From positions 1 through 57,265 of the IMG/VR virus record IMGVR_UViG_3300015189_000005: a DNA stretch of 57,265 nt. One strand, given 5' to 3'. A model generated the notes under the pieces. That model searched no databases. It worked only from the letters and a program-made list of their open reading frames with translations, and was not told the DNA's origin. Positions 17,010 through 26,576 of this stretch are shown here, piece after piece (the first letter of the stretch is position 1; each line of letters starts with the position of its first letter). A program made the translations under genes and the position numbers. The stretch is from a virus (taxonomy: Duplodnaviria; Caudoviricetes).

Positions 17010-17250
17010 CGAAGGCGCGTTTTACGTATTCCCCCTGCAAGACCGCTACCGAGAGAGGGGGCACAACACCGGGCGTGCGGTGTACAGAAGTCTACCTCGG
17101 GTCAGGCTGACCATGCGGGCAACCGCGAAATTAGCCCACGCGAAGGTTCCGCTCTGTCGTGCCGGGTAAACCCCTTTCCGGTTGCGTCAGATCCCCGGAG
17201 CCTGCTGTCACGAGCCGCCCGTCGCTCAACGGGTATCGCGTGGCACCGCA
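17010..17250 (+). ncRNA. Putative structured RNA or 5' leader of the late operon
   Basis: Multiple nested helices, including a GCAA tetraloop hairpin, and no convincing ORF. Confidence 0.5.
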
Positions 17251-17312
17251 TTGCCCGTCGTGTCTCCCTCTCTCATTTTTTCGCCATCAAATTTCAGCAC
17301 ATTAAAACCGCC

Positions 17313-17702
17313 ATGGCCGAAAACGATATCCCGGTATTCGTCGATCCCGCACCGGCCGAGGGCAAGGCCAAAGCACCGAAGGCCCGCCAGGTGGCCCGCA
17401 TCAAGCCGGGCGAGGCCTGCGTCATCGTCCAGCAGGGATACGCCGGATGGCGAGGCCGGAAGAAGCGAGCCATCACGCTCATGATCCCGGTATCCGCCCT
17501 GCTGGCCTTTGTCAGCCAGATGCGGTACAAGCCCCGCCCGGAAGCCTCCGCGCTCGACAGCCGGACCCACAAGAAGTTGCCCGGGCTGGCCAACTACATG
17601 CACATCCGGAACGAGCACTACGCCCCCGATGCCGCCGGACGCGATGAGGTCTATCAGCCCGAGCTGGTGACTATCCGCAGGGTCGTTGAGCAGTTTTCCT
17701 GA
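17313..17702 (+). CDS. Hypothetical protein
   Basis: Phage-like codon usage; TGATG coupling to the next gene. Confidence 0.7.
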   Translation: MAENDIPVFVDPAPAEGKAKAPKARQVARIKPGEACVIVQQGYAGWRGRKKRAITLMIPVSALLAFVSQMRYKPRPEASALDSRTHKKLPGLANYMHIRNEHYAPDAAGRDEVYQPELVTIRRVVEQFS

Positions 17703-18244
17703 TGAAGCGATTACACCTACCGATCAACGATGGGCAGCGGAAGTATCGCGGCTTCAGGGGCGGAAAGCAGGAATCGCACGGTCCGGTAAAGGTGATCTTT
17801 AGCCGAGACGCAAATCCTGTCATTGACCCGCCGACGAAAAACGGAATGCAGGCTGGCAGGCTGCGGCAAAACGCACCAGCATGCGAGAGGCTGCTGTGGG
17901 ATGCGCTGAAATCGATTGGCGCAAGGTTCGGCGTACCGTTCCAGCACTCGGTCGCACTCTACGGCTATGTGGCTGATTTCTATTGCCCGTCGTTGAATGT
18001 CGTGATTGAATTGGACGGCTATTTTCACAAGAATCGGCAGCAGCACGACAGGTGCCGAGACGCTGCATTGCAAGGGCACGGAATACGGACGCTGCGCTTT
18101 CCGTCAGTACTTGCCCACGCGGACATGGACGGGCTTCTCGGTCAGATCGTCCAGGAGTTGGGGTTGAAGTCGTGCTACGGTGAAATCGTCGGGCGCGCTG
18201 AATGCGAAAGCGAGACGGGGAGAGACCCTCCCGGGCACACCTGA
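17702..18244 (+). CDS. DUF559 / Vsr-like endonuclease
   Basis: LRQNAP.CE.LLW, YVADFYC...VIELDG..H and DRCRD..L...G...LRF. Confidence 0.85.
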   Translation: MKRLHLPINDGQRKYRGFRGGKQESHGPVKVIFSRDANPVIDPPTKNGMQAGRLRQNAPACERLLWDALKSIGARFGVPFQHSVALYGYVADFYCPSLNVVIELDGYFHKNRQQHDRCRDAALQGHGIRTLRFPSVLAHADMDGLLGQIVQELGLKSCYGEIVGRAECESETGRDPPGHT

Positions 18245-18350
18245 TACCGGCGAAAGCGGCGCGGAACCCGAGAGGGCAAGCCCCGTGGCCAACGGCCAAA
18301 CGCCTCGCCGGGCTTCAGCCTCCGTCATGGGGGTTTGGGGGCGGCACGAG

Positions 18351-18792
18351 ATGCTTTCCTTGCGCCGCAGGCTGCTTCCAATCGTAGTAACCACGCTCGC
18401 TATCGCGCCCAGTCAGCTCATCCAAGATCGTGCCCAGTTCACCGCCATCGGTCCCGGTCATCGCCAGTAAGATCGGCTCAGTCTCTTGGGCTTCGATCTC
18501 AGCAAGTAAGATCGCCTCCGGCACGATCACGGCAAGCCAGATCGCTTCCGTCTCGGCGAGTTCAATCTCCTTCGATCCGCCACCTGATCCCGTTGAGGTC
18601 CTCATCCGGCGCACCGCCGCGACCACCTTCGGCTATCGCAACTACGCCGAGCGCTGCAAGTACCTTGAAGAGGTCGAGCGCTTCGCTACCGCAACAGTGG
18701 ACCGCATGGCCCAGCAGGTAGAGACGGCTTCAAATATTGCCAAACTGTTCGCATCCGGAATATCCGCCGCAACTCCGGCCGCTCCGAAATGA
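18351..18792 (+). CDS. Signal-peptide-like protein with tail-type ITASQIASV repeats (apparent +1 frameshift near 18411; alternative start 18430)
   Basis: MLSLRRRLLPIVVTTLAIAP followed, in the next frame, by VSSSSKIV...IASGTITASQIASVSASSI. Confidence 0.5.
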
Positions 18793-19028
18793 ATCCTCGG
18801 GGGAGGTACGAGCTGAGCAACCGGAGAGTCCGGCGGACTCATCCAGCGGGGAGCCCGGGAGAGGTCCCGAAGCTCCCCCTGGCGAAGATCAGCCGGAAGG
18901 ATGCCGCCGAGTTCCTGCGATGGATGAACGGCCACGTGGGTTACCGGCTCAGCGATGAGGCCATCGCCGAACTCTCACTGAGATGGGAGCGACACTGCGC
19001 CGACAGAAAGGCCGAAACCGAATCATGA
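18789..19028 (+). CDS. Hypothetical protein
   Basis: ATGA overlap with the previous gene. Confidence 0.55.
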   Translation: MNPRGRYELSNRRVRRTHPAGSPGEVPKLPLAKISRKDAAEFLRWMNGHVGYRLSDEAIAELSLRWERHCADRKAETES

Positions 19029-19139
19029 TCTTCACCCCGCAGGGCCATCCCGTGAGACGGCCAGCCGGATTCGCCCGCGAGTACGAAGTGAGCATCAACG
19101 GCAAATCGATCCCGATCCCCCTCCCAGTAAGTAAAGCAA

Positions 19140-19721
19140 ATGCCGAAACCGAAAGCGGAAACGCCGGACAGCCCCGGCCAACCGAACAAGCCTGACCCCA
19201 TTGCCCCGATTGAACTCGGCTCAACCAAGGTCCGGAAAAAACCCGGCCCCGCGAAAGGCCACGGAGGCAGCCAGATCGGCATCAGCATCGACTTCAATCT
19301 GGTTGTTTCGCTCGCGTCCGTGGGGTGCACGGACAAGGAAATCGCCACCGTGATCGGGATGCGGCATGAGCACTTCTGCCGCCGGAAGATCGAGGTTGGC
19401 ACGTACGAGGTCCGCGATCACAAGACGAAGCGCGTGACCGACACGATCACGATGACCCTCGCCGAGGCGTGCGAGTACGGTCGCGAGGGCCAGCTGAAAA
19501 CGAGCCTCCGCCGGGCTCAGTACGAGGCCGCGATGAGGGGCAACCCGACGATGCTGATTTGGCTGGGCAAGCAACTGCTGGGACAGAAAGACATCGTGAT
19601 CAATGAGATGGTCGACCCTCTGACGAATGGCACGAACCCGCGAGAGAGACTGTACAGCAGCATCGCTCGCCAGGCTGCCAGCCAGGCGCGTAAAGGCCGC
19701 TCTCCAAAAGCTGACAGATGA
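19140..19721 (+). CDS. terS: Terminase small subunit (putative)
   Basis: HTH GCTDKEIATVIGM; SLRRAQY..A..GNPTMLIWLGKQLLGQKD; lies immediately before terL. Confidence 0.78.
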   Translation: MPKPKAETPDSPGQPNKPDPIAPIELGSTKVRKKPGPAKGHGGSQIGISIDFNLVVSLASVGCTDKEIATVIGMRHEHFCRRKIEVGTYEVRDHKTKRVTDTITMTLAEACEYGREGQLKTSLRRAQYEAAMRGNPTMLIWLGKQLLGQKDIVINEMVDPLTNGTNPRERLYSSIARQAASQARKGRSPKADR

Positions 19722-20949
19722 CGAAGTCGAAGCGCTGCTGTACGACTGGCGGTTCTGGGCGCGGCCCGGGCAGCTCGCCCCATCGGGTGACCGCTGGCGC
19801 ACATGGATGGTGCTTGCAGGTCGCGGCTACGGCAAGACCCGGACCGGTGCGGAATGGCTTCGCGAGAAGGTAGAGCGGCACCCCCAATGCCGGATCGCGC
19901 TGGTGGCCGCAACATCCGCCGATTGCCGCGAGACGATGATCGAGGGCGATAGCGGGCTGCTCAGCATCTTCCCGCCGGGACGCCGGCCGAGGTGGGAGCC
20001 ATCGAAGCGGCGCCTCACGTTCGCCAACGGCGCTCTGGCGACGACGTACTCAGCTGAGGAGCCTGAGAGACTCCGCGGCCCGCAGCATCACTTCGCCTGG
20101 TCGGATGAGTTGTGCGCCTGGAAGTATCCGCAGGAAACGTGGGACATGCTCCAGTTCGGGCTCCGCCTCGGCGAGCAGCCGCAGCAGATCGTAACGACGA
20201 CGCCGAAGCCGATCAAGACGCTTCGCAAGATCCTCAGCATGCCGAGCACGCGCATCACGCGCGGCAACACGTACGAGAACGAAGCCAATCTGGCGCCTGC
20301 GTTCATCGCCGAGGTCATCGCCCCGTATGAGGGAACCCGGCTGGGCCGTCAGGAGATCGAAGCCGAAGTACTCGAAGACGTCGAAGGCGCACTCTGGTAT
20401 CGCGACTGGTTCGACCGGCACCGCGTCACCCATATCGCGAATCGTGATCTGGTCCGCGTGGTCGTCGCTGTGGATCCTGCAGTAACCGCCACTCAGGCGA
20501 GCGATGAAACCGGCATCGTAGTTGCGGCGAAGGGCGTCGACGGCCGCGGCTACGTGCTGGACGATCTGAGTTGCCGGGTGAGCCCGGACGCATGGGCAAG
20601 CCGGACAGTGGGTGCGTATCACCAGTACGAGGCTGACCGGATCATCGGTGAGGCGAACAACGGCGGAGACCTGATCGAGAGGATGATCCGGCTGGTGGAT
20701 CCGCGGGCCAGTTATCGCAAGGTCAATGCCTCGCGGGGCAAGATCGCCAGAGCAGAGCCCATCGCGGCCTTGTACGAGCGCGGCCTGATTTCCCATGTGG
20801 GCACGTTCGCCCGGATGGAAGACGAGTGTTGCTCCTACACCGGAGCACCCGGCGAGATGTCGCCGAACCGCATGGATGCGCTCGTCTGGGCGCTGAGTGA
20901 ACTGTTCATCGAGAATCGCACCGGCGGGCCGAAAGTCCGCAGATTGTAG
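19627..20949 (+). CDS. terL: Terminase large subunit
   Basis: Walker A AGRGYGKT, Walker B AWSDE, TTTP coupling motif, and nuclease motifs VAVDPA, DETG and RMDALVWA. Confidence 0.95.
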   Translation: MARTRERDCTAASLARLPARRVKAALQKLTDDEVEALLYDWRFWARPGQLAPSGDRWRTWMVLAGRGYGKTRTGAEWLREKVERHPQCRIALVAATSADCRETMIEGDSGLLSIFPPGRRPRWEPSKRRLTFANGALATTYSAEEPERLRGPQHHFAWSDELCAWKYPQETWDMLQFGLRLGEQPQQIVTTTPKPIKTLRKILSMPSTRITRGNTYENEANLAPAFIAEVIAPYEGTRLGRQEIEAEVLEDVEGALWYRDWFDRHRVTHIANRDLVRVVVAVDPAVTATQASDETGIVVAAKGVDGRGYVLDDLSCRVSPDAWASRTVGAYHQYEADRIIGEANNGGDLIERMIRLVDPRASYRKVNASRGKIARAEPIAALYERGLISHVGTFARMEDECCSYTGAPGEMSPNRMDALVWALSELFIENRTGGPKVRRL

Positions 20950-21017
20950 CCGTTTCGTTTAGCAAAACAGGTGTTTCATTTAACGAATCGCGCTGATCGT
21001 TTCACTAACCCATCACA

Positions 21018-23102
21018 ATGTCTCTGATCTCGCTCAACCTGGGAACGGCATGGAAATCCGGCATGCAGCGCAAGGAGTCGCGCACGTCCGGACTCATCAC
21101 GCTCAACCTGGGCGAAGCCGTCTGGGCCCCCCGCGATTACGCCTCGCTGGCGAAGTACGGGTACCAGCTCAGCGCCGACGTGTTTACGTGCGTCTCGCTG
21201 ATTGCAAGCTCAGCGAAGCAGATCCGGCTGTTCGTCTCGGCGAAGGAAGGCGGCGAGGCTGTGGACGCCACGCGCAACGATTTGGCTCGCCTGATCGCGA
21301 AGCCGAACGCCCGGACCACACTCTCGGCACTGATCGAGCACGCGGTCTCCTACAAGCTCCTGTCCGGCAACAGTTACATCGAGCGCGTCGGTACCTCGCT
21401 CGTGGATGAGACCCTTCCACCGCGCGAACTCTGGACCCTGCGGCCGGACCGCATGCAGGTCCTAAAGGGCGATTCGACGAACCCAGTGAAGGGCTACCGC
21501 TACACCGCAGGCGGCAAGTCCGAGAACTTCCCGGCGTGGCAGATCCTCCACCAGAAATCTTTCCATCCGCTGGATGACTGGTACGGCATGAGCCCGCTGG
21601 AAGCCGCCGGTTACCCGGTCGACATCGGCAACGAATGCGCTAGGCTGTTCAAGCGCTTGCTCCAGAAGGGCCAGCCCGCCGGATGGGTGGAGCCTGAGGG
21701 TGATTGGGACGATGAGCAGATCGCGGACCTGAAGCGTCAGGTTGCGGCGCGATCCGAGGGCGGGGAGTGGATCTTCGGGCAGGGCATCAAAGCCTTCCAC
21801 GAGATGGGCTTCAACCCCGAGGACGGCCAGGTGCTCGAAGGCCGGGCGGCAATGAAACGCGACGTGGCCGCGGTCTACCGCGTGCCCTCGCAGATGATCG
21901 GTGACACCAGTTCGCAGACATACGCGAACTACAAAGAGGCTCGCAAGAGCCTCTACACCGAAGCCGTGATCCCCGAGGTTCAGGAGTTGGTCGACGGGCT
22001 GAACAACTGGCTGAGCCCACTGTTTAGCGGCGCGTGGATCAACATCGATCGTGACTCGATTGATGCCCTTGCGGAAGATCGGGACGTAGCAGCCACCAGG
22101 GCGGCGCGGATCTTCACCAGCGGCATTGTCCGGCGGAACGAAGCCCGGGCGGAGATGGGCTTCGAAGCACTGCCCGAAGCACTGAACGTGTGGTATCAGG
22201 ATCTGCCGAAGCCGGCTGGAACCGCATCCGGTGGCTCGGGGCTTGCCTCAGTAACAACGGCGAGCGCTGACCGTCTTCTGGCATCCTCCGGTTTCCCGGA
22301 TCGCTCTGGAGCGATTTACGAGTTCAAGTGCTTCAACCTCGGCAGCGAGGAAGAAAAGGAACTCCACTGGAAGGCGGTTGAGAAGGGCCGGGAAGCCTAC
22401 TACGACAGGTACGCGCGCAAGGCTGCCGAGGTGTTCGCCGATGAGCGCGTGAAGGTGTTGGTTGCCTTCCGCGACGCCGGTGAGAAGGGCGCACTCAGGG
22501 CCGTGGACATCGCCGAAGACGGATGGGATGGCCTGCTGACCGAGCTCTATTCCGAGGTCGCCACCGACTTCGGCAAGCGCACGCTGAGCAGCCTGAAGTC
22601 CCACACCGCGGTGGACATCGAGATCAAGGCCGGTACCGACGTATTCACCAGGGCGCTGATCGACTGGCTGATGAAGAACTCAGCCGAGAAGGTAGCTCAG
22701 GTCTCGAAGACGACGAAGTCAAAGATCCGGCGCGAACTGGCGCAAGGCGTGGCTGAGGGCGAGACGATCTTCGAACTCTCAAAGCGGCTGGAATCCATGT
22801 ATCGGAAATTCAGCGACTACCGCGCTGAGCGCATCGCCCGGACTGAGGTGATCTCGGCGTCGAACCTCGGCAGCCATGTGGCCGCGCAGTCCACCGGCAT
22901 CAAGTTCCGTAAGACCTGGCTCAGCACATTCGACCGGCGGACGCGGAGCTGGCACTCATCCGCCCACGGGCAGGCCCGCGACATGGACGCCCTGTTCGAT
23001 GTCCACGGCGAGAAGCTCATGTGGCCGGGGGATTCCTCGCACGGCGCCACCGGGACAAACGTGATTCAGTGCCGGTGCACTCAGACCTACCGAACGGTGT
23101 AA
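21018..23102 (+). CDS. HK97-family portal fused to a C-terminal MuF-like minor head domain
   Basis: Portal motifs KPNART, LLSGNSY, LRPDRM, GMSPL, YRVP and NEAR, then RAERIARTE, KTWL...DRRTR..H and QCRC in the same frame. Confidence 0.9.
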   Translation: MSLISLNLGTAWKSGMQRKESRTSGLITLNLGEAVWAPRDYASLAKYGYQLSADVFTCVSLIASSAKQIRLFVSAKEGGEAVDATRNDLARLIAKPNARTTLSALIEHAVSYKLLSGNSYIERVGTSLVDETLPPRELWTLRPDRMQVLKGDSTNPVKGYRYTAGGKSENFPAWQILHQKSFHPLDDWYGMSPLEAAGYPVDIGNECARLFKRLLQKGQPAGWVEPEGDWDDEQIADLKRQVAARSEGGEWIFGQGIKAFHEMGFNPEDGQVLEGRAAMKRDVAAVYRVPSQMIGDTSSQTYANYKEARKSLYTEAVIPEVQELVDGLNNWLSPLFSGAWINIDRDSIDALAEDRDVAATRAARIFTSGIVRRNEARAEMGFEALPEALNVWYQDLPKPAGTASGGSGLASVTTASADRLLASSGFPDRSGAIYEFKCFNLGSEEEKELHWKAVEKGREAYYDRYARKAAEVFADERVKVLVAFRDAGEKGALRAVDIAEDGWDGLLTELYSEVATDFGKRTLSSLKSHTAVDIEIKAGTDVFTRALIDWLMKNSAEKVAQVSKTTKSKIRRELAQGVAEGETIFELSKRLESMYRKFSDYRAERIARTEVISASNLGSHVAAQSTGIKFRKTWLSTFDRRTRSWHSSAHGQARDMDALFDVHGEKLMWPGDSSHGATGTNVIQCRCTQTYRTV

Positions 23103-23117
23103 GGACCCGACAAATCA

Positions 23118-23819
23118 ATGGAAACGGAATACAAGAGCTTCCCGTTCGAGGTGAAGGAAATCACCGATGCGGGGATGGTGAAGGGCTTCGCCGCGGCAAT
23201 CGGCAACGTGGACGACGGCGGAGACAAGATCCTGCCAGGCGCGTTCGACCGCAGCATTGCCAGGTCGAAAGGTGTGGTGCCGATGTTCTGGGGCCACCAG
23301 TGGGACCACACTCCAATCGGATACGGCAAAGAGGCCGCCGCTGACGACAAATACCTGAGTGTCGCTGGCGCCCTCACCCTCGGTATTCCTGCGGTCGATG
23401 CGGTCTACAAAAGCCTGCTCCACGCGAGGGAATCCGGCTTCACGATGGGAATTTCCATCGGCTATCGCGTGGCGCCGAAGGGCGCCGACTTCGAAGAGAA
23501 CGTTCGCGTGCTGCGAGAGGTCGACGTCTTCGAGTGGAGCATCACGCCGTTCCCCATGAACAAACGGGCGCGGGTGACCGGAGTAAAGTCCCTCGAAGAC
23601 CTGACAGAACGAGATTTTGAGCACCTCCTGCGGGATGCGGGGCTGAGTGCTCGTGAAGCGAAGACCATCATCAGCCGTGGTTTTCGTTCGCTCAAGGCCG
23701 AGCATCGGGATGATGTTCCGGGTGATGAGCTGCCTCCGCAGATCAAAGCGATTGCGGACGGCATTGAAGTGCAGCGCAGGCTGGCTGAACTGCGCGAACT
23801 CATTCATTCCAGGAGCTAA
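23118..23819 (+). CDS. HK97-family prohead protease
   Basis: GNVDDGGDKI.PGAF, MFWGH, GISIGY and EWSITPFPMN. Confidence 0.93.
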   Translation: METEYKSFPFEVKEITDAGMVKGFAAAIGNVDDGGDKILPGAFDRSIARSKGVVPMFWGHQWDHTPIGYGKEAAADDKYLSVAGALTLGIPAVDAVYKSLLHARESGFTMGISIGYRVAPKGADFEENVRVLREVDVFEWSITPFPMNKRARVTGVKSLEDLTERDFEHLLRDAGLSAREAKTIISRGFRSLKAEHRDDVPGDELPPQIKAIADGIEVQRRLAELRELIHSRS

Positions 23820-23827
23820 GAAACACA

Positions 23828-25129
23828 ATGGAACTCACGACTTCCGAAATGCTGGATCAGGTCAAAAAGCTCATCACTGAGCAGTCCGTCATCCACGGCA
23901 AGGCGCTCGACGAGATGAAGAAGCTCGGGCGCGAAGTGCCGTCTGAAGTGCAGGAAAAGCTGGCCAAAATGGCGGCGGACGTTGAGAAGTACACCAACGC
24001 CTACACCGACATGCAGGCCAAATGCGGCGAACTCGAAGCGAAGAACAAGGCGCTTACCGAGAAGTACGACGACATCACCACGCGCCTGAATCGCAAGGGC
24101 GCCGGCGGTGAAGAGGACCCGGCCAGCAAGATCATCAACCCCGGCAAGTTCCTCATCGACCATGCGGACTTCCAGGCTTACGTCAAGGCGCGCGGCCACG
24201 AGCGCAGGGGCTCGAACTTCAAGATCGACCTGCCCGAGGGCTACGGCCTGAAGGACATCCTGACCAGCAACAGCAGTTCCTCGCTCGTGGTCGAAGAGCG
24301 GCAGGCGGGAATTCTGCTGATGCCGGACCTTCCGCTGACCATCCGCAGTATCATCCCGACCGCCCGCACGGGCTCGAATGCCATCGAGTACGTGAAGGAA
24401 ACGACCCAGACCAACAACGCCGGGCCGCAGTACTCGCCCGCACCGAACTCCATGACCGATGGCGCGCGGAAAAATAAGAGCGACCTGCGGTACACGCTCT
24501 ATTCGACGACCGTGAAGACCATCGCGCACTACATGAAGGCGTCGAAACAGATCCTCGACGACGTCGCCCGGCTGCAGGACGAAATCAACAACCGGCTCAT
24601 GTACCACCTGGCACTGGAAGAGGAAGAGGAACTGCTGCTGGGCGATGGCACTGCCAACACGCTCACCGGCATCGTCCCGCAGGCGACCGACTACAACACG
24701 GCGTTGAACGTCACCGGCGATACCTACATCGACAAGGTGCGCCACGCCCTGCTGCAGGTCACCCTGTCGAAGTATCTGCCCACGAACATCGTGCTCCACC
24801 CGACCGACTGGCACCGGATGGAACTGACCAAGACCGATGAGGGTGCGACCTCGAACAAAGGCAGCTACCTGCTGGCCAACCCCACTACCAACGCCGCGCC
24901 CCGGCTGTGGGGCCTCCCTGTGCTGCAGTCGCTGAACATGACCGCTGGCGACTTCCTTGTCGGCAACTTCCGGCTCGGCGCTCAGATCTTCGACCGCATG
25001 CAGGCATCGGTCCAGATGACCAACACGAACGAAGACGACTTCATCAACAACATGATCACGATCCTCGCGGAAGAGCGCATCGCGCTCGCTATCTACCGCG
25101 CGGATGCGTTCGTCTCCGGCAGCTTCTAG
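23828..25129 (+). CDS. HK97-family major capsid protein
   Basis: N-terminal coiled-coil delta domain; KTIAH, S.QILDD, LLGDG, LWGLPV, DDFINNMITILAEER. Confidence 0.95.
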   Translation: MELTTSEMLDQVKKLITEQSVIHGKALDEMKKLGREVPSEVQEKLAKMAADVEKYTNAYTDMQAKCGELEAKNKALTEKYDDITTRLNRKGAGGEEDPASKIINPGKFLIDHADFQAYVKARGHERRGSNFKIDLPEGYGLKDILTSNSSSSLVVEERQAGILLMPDLPLTIRSIIPTARTGSNAIEYVKETTQTNNAGPQYSPAPNSMTDGARKNKSDLRYTLYSTTVKTIAHYMKASKQILDDVARLQDEINNRLMYHLALEEEEELLLGDGTANTLTGIVPQATDYNTALNVTGDTYIDKVRHALLQVTLSKYLPTNIVLHPTDWHRMELTKTDEGATSNKGSYLLANPTTNAAPRLWGLPVLQSLNMTAGDFLVGNFRLGAQIFDRMQASVQMTNTNEDDFINNMITILAEERIALAIYRADAFVSGSF

Positions 25130-25251
25130 GCTTTCTGAACTATCAAGTAATCCTTGACAGTTCGCACCAGTTCACCACACAGAGGGGAATCGTCCGGCTC
25201 TCGTATGGCCGCCGGTTCCCCACCCTTCCCCGCCCGCTCAGTGAAAAAACA

Positions 25252-25572
25252 ATGAACGCAATTTATGTTCTGGTCATGGCTCTCAAGCCGCATCTCGGCA
25301 CGGATGAGACCGGCGCTCGGACCCGCAAGGTGAAGGGCGACGTGTACCGCGTGGAGGTGTCCCGTGCGCGAGTCCTGATCGGCTCCGGCATCTGCAGCGG
25401 GTTCGCCGGGCCGGATCAACGGCAGGACCTTACGCCTCCGGAGGCACAGCGACCGGAACCGCTCGAAGCAAGCCCGGTACCGGAACTCGAGGTCAAGCAG
25501 GTTCCCGCTCCAGCCATCCATCGCCCAGGGAAGCCGCGATCCGAGAAGGTAATTCGCGGTCGCAATAAGTAG
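25252..25572 (+). CDS. Hypothetical protein after the capsid gene
   Basis: KGDVYRV...ARVLI..G motif with a Pro-rich tail, typical of small post-capsid genes. Confidence 0.6.
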   Translation: MNAIYVLVMALKPHLGTDETGARTRKVKGDVYRVEVSRARVLIGSGICSGFAGPDQRQDLTPPEAQRPEPLEASPVPELEVKQVPAPAIHRPGKPRSEKVIRGRNK

Positions 25573-25576
25573 CGCC

Positions 25577-26182
25577 ATGTTCACCCACATCACCGTAGTC
25601 ACCGCTCCGGCCACGGAACCCCTGTCCCTCGCTGAGGTGAAACACCACCTTCGCATCACAGCCGACCTCGCGGACGCAGGCGAAAACACCGCGCGTAATG
25701 CGGCGCTGAACAGGATGATCACCGCGGCCCGTGAGAAGTGCGAGGACTACGTCCGGCGCGCCATCATCACGCAGACGGTCGATGTTTGGTTCGATTCCGA
25801 ATCCGGCATCGGCATCATCGACCTCCCGCGCGGTCCGATCCAGAGCATCACGAAGTTCAGCGTGTTCGATTCATCGAACGAAGAGATCATCGTGGACCCC
25901 GCGAGCTATTCGCTGGTTGGGGACGCGATCCTCACGAAGACCCTGCTACCTGCTCACCGGCCCCGACTGGGGATCTGCGTGCGCCAGGTGTGCGGCTTCG
26001 GTGGCTCAGCCGCCACGCCTAAAGTGCTGGTGGAAGGCATGCTGGAACTCATCGCGCACTGGTGGACCAACCCGGCCGGCGAGCCCGCCCTGGTGAAATA
26101 CGAGATCGAAGCGCGGCTCGGCGGGGATGTCCCGCAGCAGGTCGCCAGTAAGTGGCGGACGAAGCGCAAGGTGATCGCGTGA
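25577..26182 (+). CDS. Head-tail connector (gp6-like)
   Basis: PATEPLSLAEVKHHLRI, ITAARE.CE.Y.RRAIITQT, LIAHWW.N. Confidence 0.88.
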   Translation: MFTHITVVTAPATEPLSLAEVKHHLRITADLADAGENTARNAALNRMITAAREKCEDYVRRAIITQTVDVWFDSESGIGIIDLPRGPIQSITKFSVFDSSNEEIIVDPASYSLVGDAILTKTLLPAHRPRLGICVRQVCGFGGSAATPKVLVEGMLELIAHWWTNPAGEPALVKYEIEARLGGDVPQQVASKWRTKRKVIA

Positions 26183-26523
26183 CGGCTGATCTTACGCTGT
26201 CCGAGATGACTGAGCTTGTCGAACTGCTGACCAGAGCCTCAGCATCAGACGGCGCCGGTGGATCGGTCCTGACGTGGGCGGTGTCCAGCCCGCCGGTGTT
26301 CCTCTACGCGAAACTGCACGAATCCACCTCCGGCGAGACCTACGCCTCGGATCAGCTGGGGAACGATGATCAGCGGACGTTCGATGTCTGGTTTAACTCG
26401 GGGATCACGGTTCGCCATGGCCTTCGCTGGCAGGGTCGTGATTACGAGCTGACGTCGGTCGAGGATGTGAAGAATCGCCACCGGGTGATGCGGCTCCGTG
26501 CGCGGTCTCGATCCGGCCTGTAA
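26179..26523 (+). CDS. Head closure / head-tail adaptor
   Basis: SDGAGG....W and ITVRH.L.WQGRDYE..SV motifs; expected position. Confidence 0.8.
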   Translation: MTADLTLSEMTELVELLTRASASDGAGGSVLTWAVSSPPVFLYAKLHESTSGETYASDQLGNDDQRTFDVWFNSGITVRHGLRWQGRDYELTSVEDVKNRHRVMRLRARSRSGL

Positions 26524-26576
26524 GCACGTCAATGTGAATGCCGCGCACCTCGCGGCGGATAGGAACCACCACCTCA

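Noticed and set aside
17010-17250. tRNA, tmRNA or known riboswitch
   Set aside because: No T-loop GTTCRA/CCA cloverleaf or aptamer consensus that I can recognise; kept only as an unassigned structured RNA.
19627-19721. terS/terL 95-nt overlap as programmed recoding
   Set aside because: Overlapping terminase genes are common and no slippery site is evident; only the terL start is uncertain.
25184-25221. Hairpin after the capsid gene as an ncRNA
   Set aside because: The GGGGAATCG/CGGTTCCCC stem is adequately explained as an ordinary post-capsid stabiliser or attenuator.
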